A DNA stretch of 64,000 nt from positions 380,336 through 444,335 of the forward strand of contig NW_003314344.1 of NCBI RefSeq assembly GCF_000143415.4. The letters run 5' to 3'. Both the position numbers and the translations under genes were made by a program. The stretch is from Selaginella moellendorffii. Its lineage: Eukaryota; Plantae; Lycopodiophyta. Positions 23,101 to 36,636 of this stretch are shown in pieces. Each line of letters opens with the position of its first letter. Positions within the stretch are counted from its first letter, which is position 1. The notes beneath the pieces were generated by a model, which made no database searches, was not told the origin of the DNA, and saw only the letters and a list, made by a program, of their open reading frames with translations.

Positions 23101-25099
23101 CCACCAAATTTTGGCATGATCGGTGAGAAAGAATTGCATGCACACAACTTTCATACGATCATCTATGTTGACCGCTATAAAATAATTTTCCATATTATAG
23201 ACCTAGTCTTCCAAAACCTGATCCATAGTAGCCAACTTGATATAAGTTCTTCTCAAGCCAGCTTCTCACTAAACTTCATCTTGTGGTAATGGTTTGAACT
23301 CTTTTACCCTCTTATAGCATGTTAAGTGCATGGTGTCTTGGGGCTTGAGGATGGTAGAACCATCATCATGAGAGTAGAGTAGTGTGCTCCAAATGACAAG
23401 ACTTTTGTTGCTGCTCTTAAGGCATGCTTTGGTCTAGCAGCCAAGGATGAAGGCAGTAAAGTTGGAAGATGGTTCGTGAAAATAAGGATGTTGCCATTCA
23501 CCTTTGAATGGCATGGATCTCCATTCTCAAGCTTCAGACAGCTACTAAATAGATATATTCATGGCTAGTTTGCTGATTGATATGCACGCTAACTACAAAA
23601 AAGTCTCAAGCTGTTTTTGAAAAAAGGCCGCAACATGAGTTTTATTGATGCTAGGGGTAGAAACTCAAGCTCAACCAAGGCAACTTCATCATCTCAAATA
23701 GTACCACTAGCACTCATAACACCACAGTTGCATCTAGTTCCTATAAGGTAAATGGTGTATTTGTGCCTAACACTAGTCACCCAATGGTGTATTTTGGGTA
23801 GCATTTATGAGCAAGCAATGTGCACACTATTCATGATAGTGAGGTATTGGTTCCAAGTATAATCAAAAGAAGATTGAGTTGTTATTTTCATCATGGCATG
23901 CACAAAGTCAAGGGAGGCTCAAGCCCAAATTTAGGGTTTATTTTGGCATTAGCCACTTTTTATTGGGTGATTACATTGTTTATAGTTCATTTAATGAAAT
24001 TGCGCAATTTAGTGAGAGTTGAATAACATGTTGTCCAAGAAGCATAAATGACACATGAGAATATTAACATGGTAAATGTTTTCTCGAATAAGGGAAGACT
24101 CCACAAAAATCACAATCACCAACAAGAAATCATCAATTGTGTTGTTTATGGAATTCTTTTAGTAATATAGATCTTTAAACCCTTAATTGCATATGTTCTT
24201 ATTGTCATAAAATTGTGTCAGTGATAAAACATTGTCCAGATATGGCATTTTCTTTTATTTTACAATGTCAAGATTCTAAAGAATATTCAAAAGAAGGATA
24301 TTCCAAGAGTTCATGATAAGAAGAAAGAAGTTAAGAGAAGTTAGGGAAGAGAGGAGAATGATAAGCGGACCTTAGCATGAGTTAGAGAGGTAGAACAATG
24401 GAGCACAACATAGAGCTGATGTGGTGATGTCGAGTATTCAAGTGGAGTGTAGAGCAAGCGAGGCTATCTAGTGAGCAGCAAGTGAGTACAATGTGCCCAC
24501 ATTGTGGGCAAGAGTGGATTAAGTTGCTAGCTGAAGTCTTGGCTGAATTGTTAGAGGAATAGAAGCTTTTATTCCTATGGAGCTCTTGGAGTATGAGTTC
24601 AGGGTTTTAGTTAGGCTTCTAGTTATCATGTTTGGTGCCTCAGCTAGGAGTTGCATTCGTGAGCATTGAAGCTTAGAAGGCCAGACTGCAGCTGCGGAGT
24701 AGTAGCTTGTGCATGCATACAACAACAAGAACAAGTAGAAAAAGCCATAGAGGATATTCTTAAAAGGGAGAAATCTAGAAAAAAGACAACAAAGCAAAAT
24801 TTAAGAAGCACCAGCAAAACAATCTAGCATCTTCTTCAGAAAAAACACCATAAAAGTCACACTAGACCGAGGAGGAAGAGTGGGGATATTATCAAAGTTT
24901 TCCACAACACCAACAACAGTAATCAGTTATCATGCAACAGTACCACCACCAACAGTTACTAGCTAGATGAAGTATCCTTTGTATGTGATATTTGGTGATC
25001 CCAATGAGCATGTCACCACATTCAAGAACGTGAGCACAGCCAATAGTGAGCAAACTTTGCAATGTTGAAGGATGTTGTTGTGGAGTGGTATGCAGCAGC

Positions 25100-26400
25100 A
25101 GTGACAAGAGCAGCTCTCATTGATTGGGCCAATTTAAAGAATGCATTTTTAAATGCTTTTTGCCCTACAGGATTTCATCAATGAGTGAGTGACAAGTTCA
25201 ATGTGATTACCTTGCTGCCGAGAGAAACTATTCAACGGTATGCAATGAGTATTTGGCGACTCCTCTCGAAGAAGGATCCAAAACCTGTAGAAGATTATCA
25301 TGTTTGATATTTTTGGCAAGGCTTACTAGAGAGCACATCCTTCTTTGTGCAATGCCATGAACCAGCTGATCTTGACACAACAGTCACTTTGGCATCACAG
25401 TTTGAGCAACCCAAGTTGCCAAGTCATCCTAGACATGTTCAAACATCATTAGTCCTTGGAGGAATGGCTACACAGCCAGTAAGCTTGCTAGATCATACAA
25501 ATCTAGGAGTCTATCCAGGTAGAGTACTTGGAATTTTGAATCCAACGAGTGTGACAGCTCCAACTTTGATCCTAGCAGTGGCTCCAGTGGCTCCCATGCA
25601 AGTTCAGGTTCCAACTCCATCACTAGAGGTGCAGATGAACAAGGTTAAAGAGGATTTATTCGAGGCTCTTACAAAGAAAATGGGGGACTTATAAGTTAAT
25701 TGGATCAAGGGTGTTCAGAATCCTCCGCAACCAGTGTGTGATCACTCAAATGTCTAGTGTGTGAAATGCAAGAATTATGGTCACTATCCAAATGAGTGTC
25801 CAGTCCAACAAGTGAGAGTAAGTTGTCAATTCTATGGCTAGATTAACCATGCATTGGAAAATTGTTTCTATCATCCTATGAAAGCACAAGCACAAGCAGT
25901 ACTTGTCTATCAGTAGCAGCAGCCTTATATGCAACGTGTGCCTCCACCAGCGAGTTTTCCACAATTGCAAGTACATGTGGTTCCAAGTTATCATGTTCAA
26001 ATGCAAACTCCATCACCATATTAGCCACAAGTTCCATGCCAAGAGAATACAATGCAACAGTTTGCATCCAGAAGTGTTCCAGTGTAAGAGTTGGAGTGCA
26101 ACAGCAGCAAGAAATGGGATGTGGAAGAGGCCGTGGCAGAGGTCCTCAATGCTATAAATGCTGGGAGTTTGGTCATATTCAAGCAAATTGTCCAAATGTA
26201 AAGAAGCCAGAAGATTACCAACCAATGTGTGGAGTGTGTGAGACTTGAGGCTTCCATCCTCAAGATCAATGTCCTCACAAGTTGAAGCAGGACTGTGGCA
26301 AGCAAATTGTAGATTTGCGAGCTGTGTTTGTTCAAGAAGCAAAAACCTAGATCACACTCATTATAAGCTAGGCAGTTCAGTGAATATTATTAAGGATTCA
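25100..26400 (+). mobile_element. Degenerate LTR-retrotransposon gag remnant with zinc knuckle
   Basis: GRGRGRGPQCYKCWEFGHIQANCP (CCHC) at ~26125-26195. The frame is broken by stops and frameshifts. Confidence 0.65.
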
Positions 26401-27062
26401 AAGTGGACAAACTCTAAGATTTAGATAGGTGCCAAATGAAAGGTGGTGGGGCTGGATTCCCACCCGCAATGGTCTCAGTCTAGCGCTATAAACATGCAAA
26501 TATATAAAAGAGAACCAAACGCCAGTCCAATTATGCTCTACAAAGTCTGCATCTAGAATCTACCATGGAATTTTTACTCCCTATATATTCCTTCCACCGC
26601 CAAAATCATCCACCCAATCAATCAAAATCAATGCTTGTAACCATAGGAAATACTTTTGTATTGTTTTTCAATTTGGTTGGCCGGTGGCTGCCTGGCCACA
26701 CATTTTCTGACACGTGCCACGCCACAGGGAATTAAATCACTTTGCCATCATGACATGGACAAAGGTCCCCGTTAAACCGGATTAAAGGCCCTTAGTTTTT
26801 AACCGGCTGGGGGAAGAACCCTAAAACTAACCTGGAGGTGGAAGACGAAGAAGGCGGTGAGAGGCGCGTGCTTGAGAGCGAGAGGGGGCAGGGAGAGAGA
26901 GAGGGAGAGGGGAGGGCGCCCTGGCCCTAGCCGCGCGCGCGGCGATCGTTGCGAGAGGCCGAGAGTGAGAGAATTTGGCGCAGCATTTTGGGGTGTGGGG
27001 TTTCCAGGAGCGCGAGGGATTTCCTCCAGATTTTGGTGAGAGGGGCCTCGGATTCCTGGTAG

Positions 27063-30000
27063 ATGAAGCCGGGAGGGAAGAATGAGAAAGGAGGCTACCA
27101 TGCCGTGCCTCCACCGCCTTCACTGTATGGTCAGTATCCGTTCCAGTGCCAGCCGGTGTCCAAGCCCCGGACGAGATCTGCTGGAGGCACCGAGGATTTA
27201 GCTGCCAGGGAGAGGGATCGAGATCGGGATGGGGAGAAGAAATTTCGGAAGAGGCCCAGTCGCAAGTCCAAGCAGTTTGTTTCTCCTGACAATGGATCAG
27301 GTAAGTTTTCTTTCAGTGATTCCTCGTTGTTTTCCTTTGATCTTTGTGGAGAGCGCATTCTCATCTTCTCATCTCCTTTAGTTGCAGGAGTGGAGATTTT
27401 TAACTCGTGTGATGAGAGGGCGTCGCCGACGGGCAGTCCGTTCTCCCCCAACTTTTCTGTGCAAAGATCTAGAGATTATCACGTCGTCAAGACGCTCTAC
27501 AAGAACGGGAAGTACTCGGAGCTCGAGTTTAAAGAGTTCACGGAAACGCTGCCACCTTATGGGCCGGCTATCAACAACAATCACGACCAGCCGAGCAGCA
27601 GCAATTCCGTTGCCTACGCCAGTCCTGGCAAAGGCGCAAGTCCGCTGTCTACACGATTCTACGCTGATACAGACACCAATTTCCAGTTGATGAAGGATCC
27701 AGTTGCACCACAGATTTTTCCAGAGCATTGGTCGCTTCCTAAAGTAAATGAAGCCATGCAGGTATCCGTTTTCTCCGTTCTCTTCGCTCATTTCTGGTCT
27801 TACGCAATATGTGCTCTTTTCGTTCAGTCTGGGCGTGTTTTTTCTTGCTCCTTGAGAGTAAATGCTCACAACCGAAGTGAGGTACGTAATCCTTCCATTT
27901 CTTTTGAGGTGTATACGTGATCATTGTGTGGTTGCCTAGGCTTACGCCACAGTCGACGGACTTTCCGTAGATATCTTGATCGAGGGAGCCTGTGCTCAGA
28001 ATCGTGCAGTAAGTTCCTCGTGTTAGTTTTTTCCTTCGAGAATTGACCTGGTTTTTCGTTTTGCAGCTTGAAGGGGATTTAGTTGCACTTGTTCTTGATC
28101 CGCCTAATTTATGGCCCAGGATGAAGGGCCTTAACAACAATCGGACTGATCGAGTGGTAACTGCGAGTAGTATAGCTGTGACAAACCAAAGTTTCAGTAG
28201 TGGTGAAGGCGTACAGGTTTCTAGAGAGATACGTTTAGAAGAGGAGGTAGTCATAGAAAGTGTTGGAAGTAGCAACCAGGTTGTAGAAAGTAGTGAGGAT
28301 TCGGGTAGTTTACTGTCAGGCCCGGGGTCGACGGCGCTAGAAAAAGTTCAGGCATTGCTCCAAGCTACACCGGGTAAAAGGCCTACTGGGAAAGTAGTGT
28401 CTATTTTATCAAAGTCTCGCCGGCGTGATGCGGTGGTCGGATTTCTCTCTGTCAAGTTCCAGCCGCCAACGAGAAATCAAATGGTTCTCACTCCAGTTGA
28501 TGCCAAGTTTCCGAAGATGGTGGTTTTACCTGATAGCCTTCCGGAAGTTATAGCTCAAAGGTTGCGGGACGGGGATCGTAAGATGGGGAATGAGCTTTTA
28601 GCAGCGTGTGTTGATCGCTGGGACTGTAACAGTCCTTATCCTCTCGCGATCATCACACATTGCTTGGGACAAGCTGGGGAACTAGAGGCACAGACAGCGG
28701 CTATTTTATTCGAGCACGCGGTTCACAGTGCCGAGTTCCCTCCGGAGGCGATGGCTTGTCTTCCTCGTGTTCCGTGGAGTATTCCGAAGAAGGAGCTACA
28801 GAGACGAAGGGACTTGCGCTCACGTAGAGTGTTCACAATCGATCCAGTCACTGCCAGGGACTTGGACGATGCACTGTCGGTGGAGCATCTCGGGGATGGT
28901 TTAACGAGAGTTGGAGTACACATCGCAGATGTTTCTTACTTCGTCCATGCTGGCTCGGGTTTAGACAAAGAAGCACAGCAGCGGTCGACGAGTGTGTACT
29001 TGATCGAACAGGTGCTTCCAATGCTTCCTCGACTGCTCTGCGAGGAGCTCTGCTCGCTACAGCCCGGAGTAGACAGGTTAGCATTTTCGGTGATGTGGGA
29101 TCTAGATTCAACAGGACAGATTGTCAAGCAGTGGATAGGTAGAACTGCGATCAAGTCATGCTGCAAGCTAAGTTATGGTGATGCCCAAGAGATCATTGAC
29201 GGGACTTTCAGCGAGAAACCAGGTCTTTCGGGAAACTTCAGCTGGCAGGAAGTGGCCGCTGATATCAAGACTTTGTACAACATTGCCAAGCAGCTAGAAG
29301 AGAGTAGAATTAGGGACGGAGCACTACGTCTAGACACTGGGAAGCTCGTCTTTGCTCTAGATGGGGATGGGAATCCCCACGAGACGAGCTTCTACGAGCA
29401 GATGGAATCCAACAAGCTGGTGCAGGAGTTCATGCTTCTGGCTAACGTGAGCGTCGCCAAAGTGATATCGAGAGCGTTTCCCGACTGTGCACTCCTGAGG
29501 CGTCATCCTGAACCGAGCTCACGTAAGCTTCTCGAGTTCCAAGAGTTTTGCAAGAAGCACGGGTTTGTGCTGAAGACGGACTCTTCGGCGGACTTGCATG
29601 CGTCCCTGGAAGTACTGAGGGAGGAGCTCAAGGACGACCCGGTTCTTCTCAGCATCGTTACACTCTACGCCACCAAACCGATGCAGGTGGCGAAGTACTT
29701 TTGCACGGGCCGGGACAAGGACGGTGACTGGGGTCACTATGCCTTGGCCATGCCTGTTTACACGCACTTCACATCTCCGATTCGAAGATATCCCGACATC
29801 GTCGTGCACCGGACACTGACAGCCGCTCTCGAGGCCGAAAAGGTGTTGAACAAAAGCCTCACAGGTCCCGAGGATCTGGTCTCAACCAAGGACTATGAGG
29901 TACTCCAGTTGGCTGCTTCAAAGCACAGGATCTCTGATCCCGCTGAGATGGCTTTGCTTGCGGACCATTGCAACGAAAGGAAAATGGCAAGCAAGAACGT

Positions 30001-30587
30001 TCAAGAGGCGACTGACAGGCTCTACCTGTGGACTATGCTACAGAGAAGAAAGGTAACCTTTTCTTTCGTCTTTCCTTCATCCAAGACAGTATCTTATCAG
30101 TGTAAGCTTCTGGTTGCAGGGTCTGTTATCAGATGCGTGCGTTGTTGGTCTGGGACCAAAGTTCATGTCGCTGTACGTCTCCAAAATCGCGGTAAGTGAA
30201 TTTCGCCTGGTTTTCCTTGGCGGACTAATGGACGCCATCTCTCACCAGATGGAGCGCCGTTTATACTACGACGAAGTAGAGGGTCTCAAGGTAGACTGGC
30301 TCGAGAACACTGGTACACTGGTTCTGGATTACTGCCGCCCGAGGCAACACTCTCGAAAGGCCAAGTGCCGAAGCATCTCTGACGTCGCAGTTGTGTCCAA
30401 TCCGGCAATGGATCCTGACGACGAGACTGGTAATCTCGACAGGTTAACCAGGATCGAGCCAGAAGCCATGCCTCTCACCCTTCGCTTGTTCTCACACATC
30501 CCAGTTCTTATCCATGCTCTCGGTGGTGATAGCTCCCCTCTCGACATAGGTGTTCGTGTCTACGTTACCTCATACTTCTTCTCCTAG
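27063..30587 (+). CDS. DIS3L2: DIS3-like exonuclease 2 (RNase II/RNB family; SOV-like)
   Basis: LRVNAHNRSEAY, FTIDPVTARDLDDALS, GVHIADVS, YTHFTSPIRRYPD. Exons 27063-27300, 27388-27761, 27828-27881, 27940-28008, 28067-30052, 30120-30191 and 30249-30587 have GT-AG introns. Confidence 0.93.
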
Positions 30588-31019
30588 CTATCTTTCTTTT
30601 TTTCCTTCTCTCTACTACCTCTTACAACGTACCTTGTTTCCTTTCTCTTTGGTTCTTTGTTGTCTCTTCGTTTTTCGTTCTCTCTTTTCTTGCTCCTTTG
30701 TTTTCCCTGTACAGCTCCGTTAAGTACTACTTGTAGAATGGGAGAAGTAAAATAATCCTGCAGTGGAAGAGAGAACTAAGACGAGGAAGAGTTTGAGAGA
30801 GCCCGGGTTTTTTTTTTCTTCGTGGCTCGCTCGCTCTCTTCTTTGGTCTCTCCTCTGCGTAACGAGGCAGGCTTGTTTTACTACTCTGGACAAGAGTTCC
30901 GCGTTTTAGTAGGTGCTCTACTCCAGCTCTTATCGTTGTGGGCCGTACGACTTGATGGCCTGGTAAAAACTCTTAGAAATAAACAAATAAATGAGAAAAT
31001 TCAAAGTTATGGGTAAATA

Positions 31020-33870
31020 CAGGTAATATATTAACTATAAGCATATTTTGGACTAAATCTAGTATATACTTATTAAAGTCCCAGTAAAAATGTGCAAGGG
31101 CACTACAATTTATTCATGAAGGGCAAAGGTTTTTAGTAATATTTTGCTCTAGGATTTTGTTGTTTGTTCTTATTCCTTCTTTTTCTTTTACAATTGGATT
31201 TGTATTAGTTTTTTGATAGATCTAAAATTCTAGCTATTAATGTGTTTAAATTTGATCTTCCTTGGGATCTTTATTACATTCATTTTTCTCTCCCACTATC
31301 AATCAATGAGTATATCACTTGAGGTTATTATTAATGCTTCATTCAATGAAATTTTTTATGCTATAGAGTGTGATTATAATCATATTGCACCTACCTTTGG
31401 TGTGTTGATATCTCTAGCTTCTGTAAGACATGATTATATGGCTTTTTTGGTTTTTGGTAATTTACCATCTCCTAATAATATAAAGGGTGATTGTGACATC
31501 AATTGGAAAGTTATGAAGGTCACAATTAGGTTTTTGGAGATTGTTTGAGGATTAAATTTATAGGAAGCCAATGTATCAAAGCTTGAGTGGATTAAAGATT
31601 TCAATGAGGAGCTTGATTATTGTGAAGACAACTTAAGTTAGAGATTTTGTGGAATAAGTGTCAATCCTTCAATTTGTTATTTGATCTTTTTTTTTCACCT
31701 TTTGCTCTTTCCTAACTTAATATTGCTTGTGTTCCTTTTTCATTTCCAATATTTCCTTCTCCTAGCATATTAATAATTCATGACTCTTATGACTCACATT
31801 CTTAATCTAGTGTTGAGTTGTATGTTTTTTATTCTCCTCATACTAATTTAGTTATTTAATATATATAAAGTTGAGAATTTTACTTTTGTTTCTTTGGTAA
31901 AGTCTTTGATCAATTTAAGTGTTAAGTATTCCTTTGTTCCAATGGTTAAGTCATTATTGCATTTGGGTATCGAAAAATATTTGTTGGTTAGTCCTTATAG
32001 ACACTCTTTCCTTACTGTCATAATAATAGGAGATCAATACTATTAATCCCTTTGTGATCTCCATCTAAGCTAATTATGACAAAATTATGCTAAATACTAT
32101 ATGACACCATGATTGTTTGTAAGGGATATTAAATGCATTCTAAACCCTTATTTTGTAGTGTAACAACTTTAGAACATCCTTAAGTTTAGCTCTAAGTGTT
32201 ATAATCACTTTAGTCAAAAGTGTTAGATTCAGTGTGTCCCTAGATATCCTTCATTTTATAGTGTAGAGTTTTGGGTTGAGTGTGTATCCTTGGATGTTCC
32301 TTATTTCGTAGTGTAACAACTTTAAAGTTTAACTCCAAATTTAAATGCATTATAATTATTTTGGTTAGAGTTTTGGGTTGAGTATATATCCTTGGATTTG
32401 ATCTTCCCAAGTGATCACTCAGCCTAGTAGTATTTAAACTCAAAAACACTTAAACCTTTGCATTTTTATTCATAGACCCTTTCCCTTTATATTTGAATTA
32501 AATTAACTATTTTTTAAATTGTTCTCTTTGGTTGCTTATAATCTATTACGCTTACTTACGAGTTCACACCTTTATGAATAGAAGCTAAAAGCCATAACTC
32601 TTCTAAGAACCTTTCTCTTTTGAGACTTTATTTCTTAAGTCGAGACTAACCAAAGAAAATTAAACTTGCATACATGGTATGATTTCTTTAGCCCATTAAT
32701 AGAGTTAAACTTGAAATCTCTTTGATACAACTATTAACCAATTGAAAAAAGGGGTGTATTCTTATTTATGGGCTTTTTCCTTCTATATTTAAACTTAATG
32801 AACCATATTTTAAATTATTATTATTTTTTTGTTTACAGAGTGCTATTAAGAGCCTTTATTTTTTAATTATTGCTGACAAATTTATATGTTCATAAGATTG
32901 GACTTTGGATTGTATTGAGGAGGTCAAGTAATATGAATCTTTTGGTTATCTCGTAGTTGCAAAATATTTTATCACAACAAATTCTTTATTCTCTAGGCTT
33001 TGAGCACATTTCCTTCTTTTCTCCTATTTCTACATTGAAAATTGCTATTCTAATGCTTCTTTATCTTCTTCCATAATATTTCTTCTTAAATTTTTCTCAC
33101 TTTCTACTCTTTATCTTAAAAATAGAAACTTGTTTTTTTAGAGGGTAGAGGGGATGGACTAGAGTCCAACCTGGTGAGGATAAATAGATATAATAATGGA
33201 GCAAAGATAAAAAAATATGATGAGGATAAGTATAGTGAGTTTGAATAGAATATTTAACAAGGTCGAATGAATGTAATAATGGAGTGAAGTTGAACATAAA
33301 TGGTAAAGTGAGGATAAATATACTAAATTTGAACAAAGTTAATGCTTTAGAATTTTTTCTCTTTGAGCAGGATAAAGAAGATGTGAAAGATGAATGGAGT
33401 GAATTTAACCTCCCATGTGTAATGTTGAGCAAAATAAATTCTATTGATGGTTATGAGTCTAAGTTAATGGTGGTATTAAATGATGGTTGGTAAATAAAGT
33501 TTGATATGGGATATATTATTTATTGCAATGGTGCTTTATGAACTATAGTGGCTCTTGAAATCTTTTGTTTTAGTTTAAAATTACTTCAAGGTTGATTCAA
33601 GCATTTAGTAGTTGCACATAGAATTGTGATTGAATCATTCAAATTCTATAATTAATTTATATTTATGCTATGGCTTTAGAGTTATAATTATTAACAACTA
33701 TGTTGCTAGTTCCATGGGAGCTTCAAGTTCTTATGGTAGCCTATAATCATTTATCAAAACTCTAAATATTCCACCTAACTTATTATCAATATCTTTTCAT
33801 CTTATAATGTAAAATATGTAGATATATGTATCCATTCTTCTATATAAGCAATAGTCTAAACCCTAATTAA
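31020..33870. other. AT-rich, highly decayed repeat-like tract (possibly old LINE)
   Basis: Low GC and no credible ORFs. No family could be assigned by eye. Confidence 0.25.
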
Positions 33871-33919
33871 TATATTTATTCCCATCACAACCTTGTTTAT
33901 TTTGGAATTGCATTATAGT

Positions 33920-34330
33920 GGCTTAGTAAACATGACAATCCAGCCTTTAGAGAGGTTGACTCTTCTAATAAACCAGTCTAAATGTTTGATCCATGTTCAT
34001 TTTTTGAGACTACCATCCAGCTTCCAGTTGAATCCTTGGATGAATGTCGCAATACCAATCTGGACAGCATCAAACCCAAGCTTGGCACTGGGACAAACTC
34101 TCCTCCCCGTCCCAGACAGGACCAAGTTAAATTATGTTCAGAGACATCAAGTGTCGATGAGAAGCTGGGGCTGAAACTCTAGAGGGTCTTCCCCAGGGAA
34201 GCCCAATTAATTAAGCTCAGCGGCTCAGACGGGACTGTGATCCACACCAACACCTACTCGATTGCCATCGACAAGAGGTTTTGTTGTTTGCAAAGAGCTA
34301 GTGGAACCACTGGGCAGAGCCTCATTGTTT
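33920..34330 (-). pseudogene. Cytochrome P450 exon-2 fragment (rearranged)
   Basis: The minus strand gives GTGRRVCPSAKLGFDAVQIGIATFIQGFNWKL, matching the P450s at 37593-38213 and 60324-60953. An internal piece (~34195-34280) is in the opposite orientation. Confidence 0.85.
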
Positions 34331-34742
34331 CAGCAGGATATATCATAAGTTCATTAGATTATGTTTTGCAGTCCTAATTATTTGTCAAGTCTAAAGAATA
34401 CGTGATGACTAGGCACGTTAGTGTTTCAGAGACAAGAAGAAACCAAGATCTGATGCCTGATGCACCTAGACCAGAGGAGGTGAGTCCTTGAATATAAGTC
34501 ATGTTTGCCTTTACTTCAACATACTCGTTCCGTCAAGGGAAGCTCTTGAAGAAAGACAACTGGTGGACGCTATAGTCATTGTCTACAGTCTAAATTCATT
34601 TACATTTATCTCTGTAGGAGAAACTGGCATCCTTTCCAAGTGCCTTTGCCAGTTGAGCTGCGCATTTGTGATCCCGGTGATCCGGTTAATTCTGTATCCT
34701 CAGAGGCTGGAAGGACTCAAATCCGTGTCACACACAAGATCC

Positions 34743-35018
34743 GGGTGATGAGCTGCTTGTGGATCCTGACGGCTGCTCGGATGCAGGCACTGTTTTGGCG
34801 AGCTATCGAGCAGGTGTGGGAGGAGCGCGTGCCAGATTCCACTGTGCGTGGTATTGGTGGAGGGAGTTCACGGAACCACTCCCGTGCACTGCGGGAACTC
34901 GAAGAAGTTTAAAGAAGTTTGCGGAACGAACCTCTGAGGCCCCAGTTCACAGACGATCCTAGAGTGTGTGCTCCTGCGCGATTTCAAGAATGCCGATTAT
35001 GGATGTGATATGGCATAG
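34743..35018 (+). pseudogene. Deleted copy of the small secreted Cys-rich gene at 57417
   Basis: Colinear with 57433-57791 (GTGATGAGCTGCTTGTGGATCCTG...GATATGGCATAG), with multiple small deletions. Confidence 0.85.
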
Positions 35019-35136
35019 CACTTTGCAGAATAAATGGAGTTGGGATATTGGATTCTTAAGGATGAAAGTGAGCTTGATTGCGCAATGATTTAAGAATAAT
35101 GTCTTCTTATAAACAATGCACTTTGAAAAGATTGGG

Positions 35137-36499
35137 TCAAACGCCTTTCACAATGACCAGCTTTCCTAGTTTCAACGGAGGCGCCTCCTTTGCATCGCTA
35201 CGCTTCTGCCATAGCTGGCCGACGAGAACACCAGGACCAGCCGGCCGGATGTAAGCCACGAAGTTTTCCAGTGGCCACGAAAGCTTTTCTGCTTGAAAAA
35301 TTGGGAGCTCTTAGCAGCAGAGAGAGCAATCATCGGTGGTTTACTCACCTGGTTTTCGAAAAGAGGACGGCAGCTCGTCTTTGAGATGGAGATGGCCGCT
35401 GCTAAAATCGAGAACCATATCGCATTCGTCATTTGTAACAGACACAAACTCTGCCTGTTGGACTTTGAAGTACAAAGGCATGTAGCGTGAAACAACACTC
35501 CCAAACAAGCCCGCTGATCAGAAATGCATTCGTGATGAGTTCCAGCTTCAAGCAAAAAAAGATCTTACAGCAGCTAAGTTGGCCATAAATACCATCGTCC
35601 TTGGACACGAAAAACTCCTACAGGCAGAGAAAGAGTTTAACCAAAGCTTTACATGAAAGTAAGGAAAACATACGATTGTTATGTCTCTCAACCAGCTCCA
35701 TGGCCAGAAATCTGTGACATATTCTTTGTTGTTCTTGTGAGAATACAAAAAGAAAGAACTTTACCTCCTCCAACCTTTCCATGCCAGATCGTTTTCTTGT
35801 ATGGTTCCTCGATTTCGGGAGCTGGAAGAAGAGTAAACGCGTCCCCGGCAAACAATTTGGGGCTGTCATAGCGTTTTCCAGTCACCTCCCACATCGACTG
35901 CATGAGACTGTCATCCTCGTTAGCAAGCTTTTCCACAAGAAAAGTTCCAAAACTCACAAAACCTGGGATGGATTAGCTCCAAAAGCCGAGCTCTTCGCTC
36001 CTCCGGGACATCTCCAATCTTCTTCCTGTGACACGACTAAAACGTTAATCCAGGAAACTCCAGCTGAAAGAGTCACCCACCAGATGAAAGACGCATGGTT
36101 GTAGCTCGCCGGATCTAGAGGCGACAAGTATGGCGGATCCAGCAGCGTTATCACGTCCAATTCGTCCAGGTAGAACTTCCCCAGCCCCGGAATCGTTCTA
36201 TAAGGCCTGTCTCCAAAAGTCCCTGGACCACTGTCTCCCACTCTCTTGTTCTTGGTCGCAGCACTCTTGTTTTCTCTCCCTCCGTCGCTCTCCTCGAAGA
36301 ATCTATACTCTTGGCGCTCACCAGGACCGGACGAAGACGATGCTCCAGGGCGCCCATTGGTAGCAGCAGCAGCAGCAGCGCACACGAAACCACGCCTTGT
36401 GCATGAAATGCGCGCCTGCCGCGCTGCGAGAGAATCCCACGACGCGCTCGTGCATTCGCCTGGAAGCACAGTCGGAGACGCCGCCCCGAGAACCGCCAT
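35137..36499 (-). CDS. Conserved plant protein of unknown function, probably plastid-targeted (multi-exon)
   Basis: Ala/Ser/Arg-rich transit-like N-terminus MAVLGAAS..., then LDVITLLDPPYLSPLDPASYN, KKIGDVPEERR, and a C-terminal AGPGVLVGQLW. Short GT-AG introns. Confidence 0.7.
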
Positions 36500-36542
36500 A
36501 GCCGTATAAACCCTAAACCCAAACAAATAAACAAACAAACTC

Positions 36543-36543
36543 A

Positions 36544-36582
<39 letters not shown>
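36543..36582. repeat. (TC)n(AC)n microsatellite in a 137-bp divergent intergenic region
   Basis: Directly visible. A telo-box lies at 36508. Confidence 0.95.
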
Positions 36583-36636
36583 TAGACCTCATTAACGCCA
36601 CCACTAAGCATTGCGTTTTTCCGTCCTAGCAAAACT

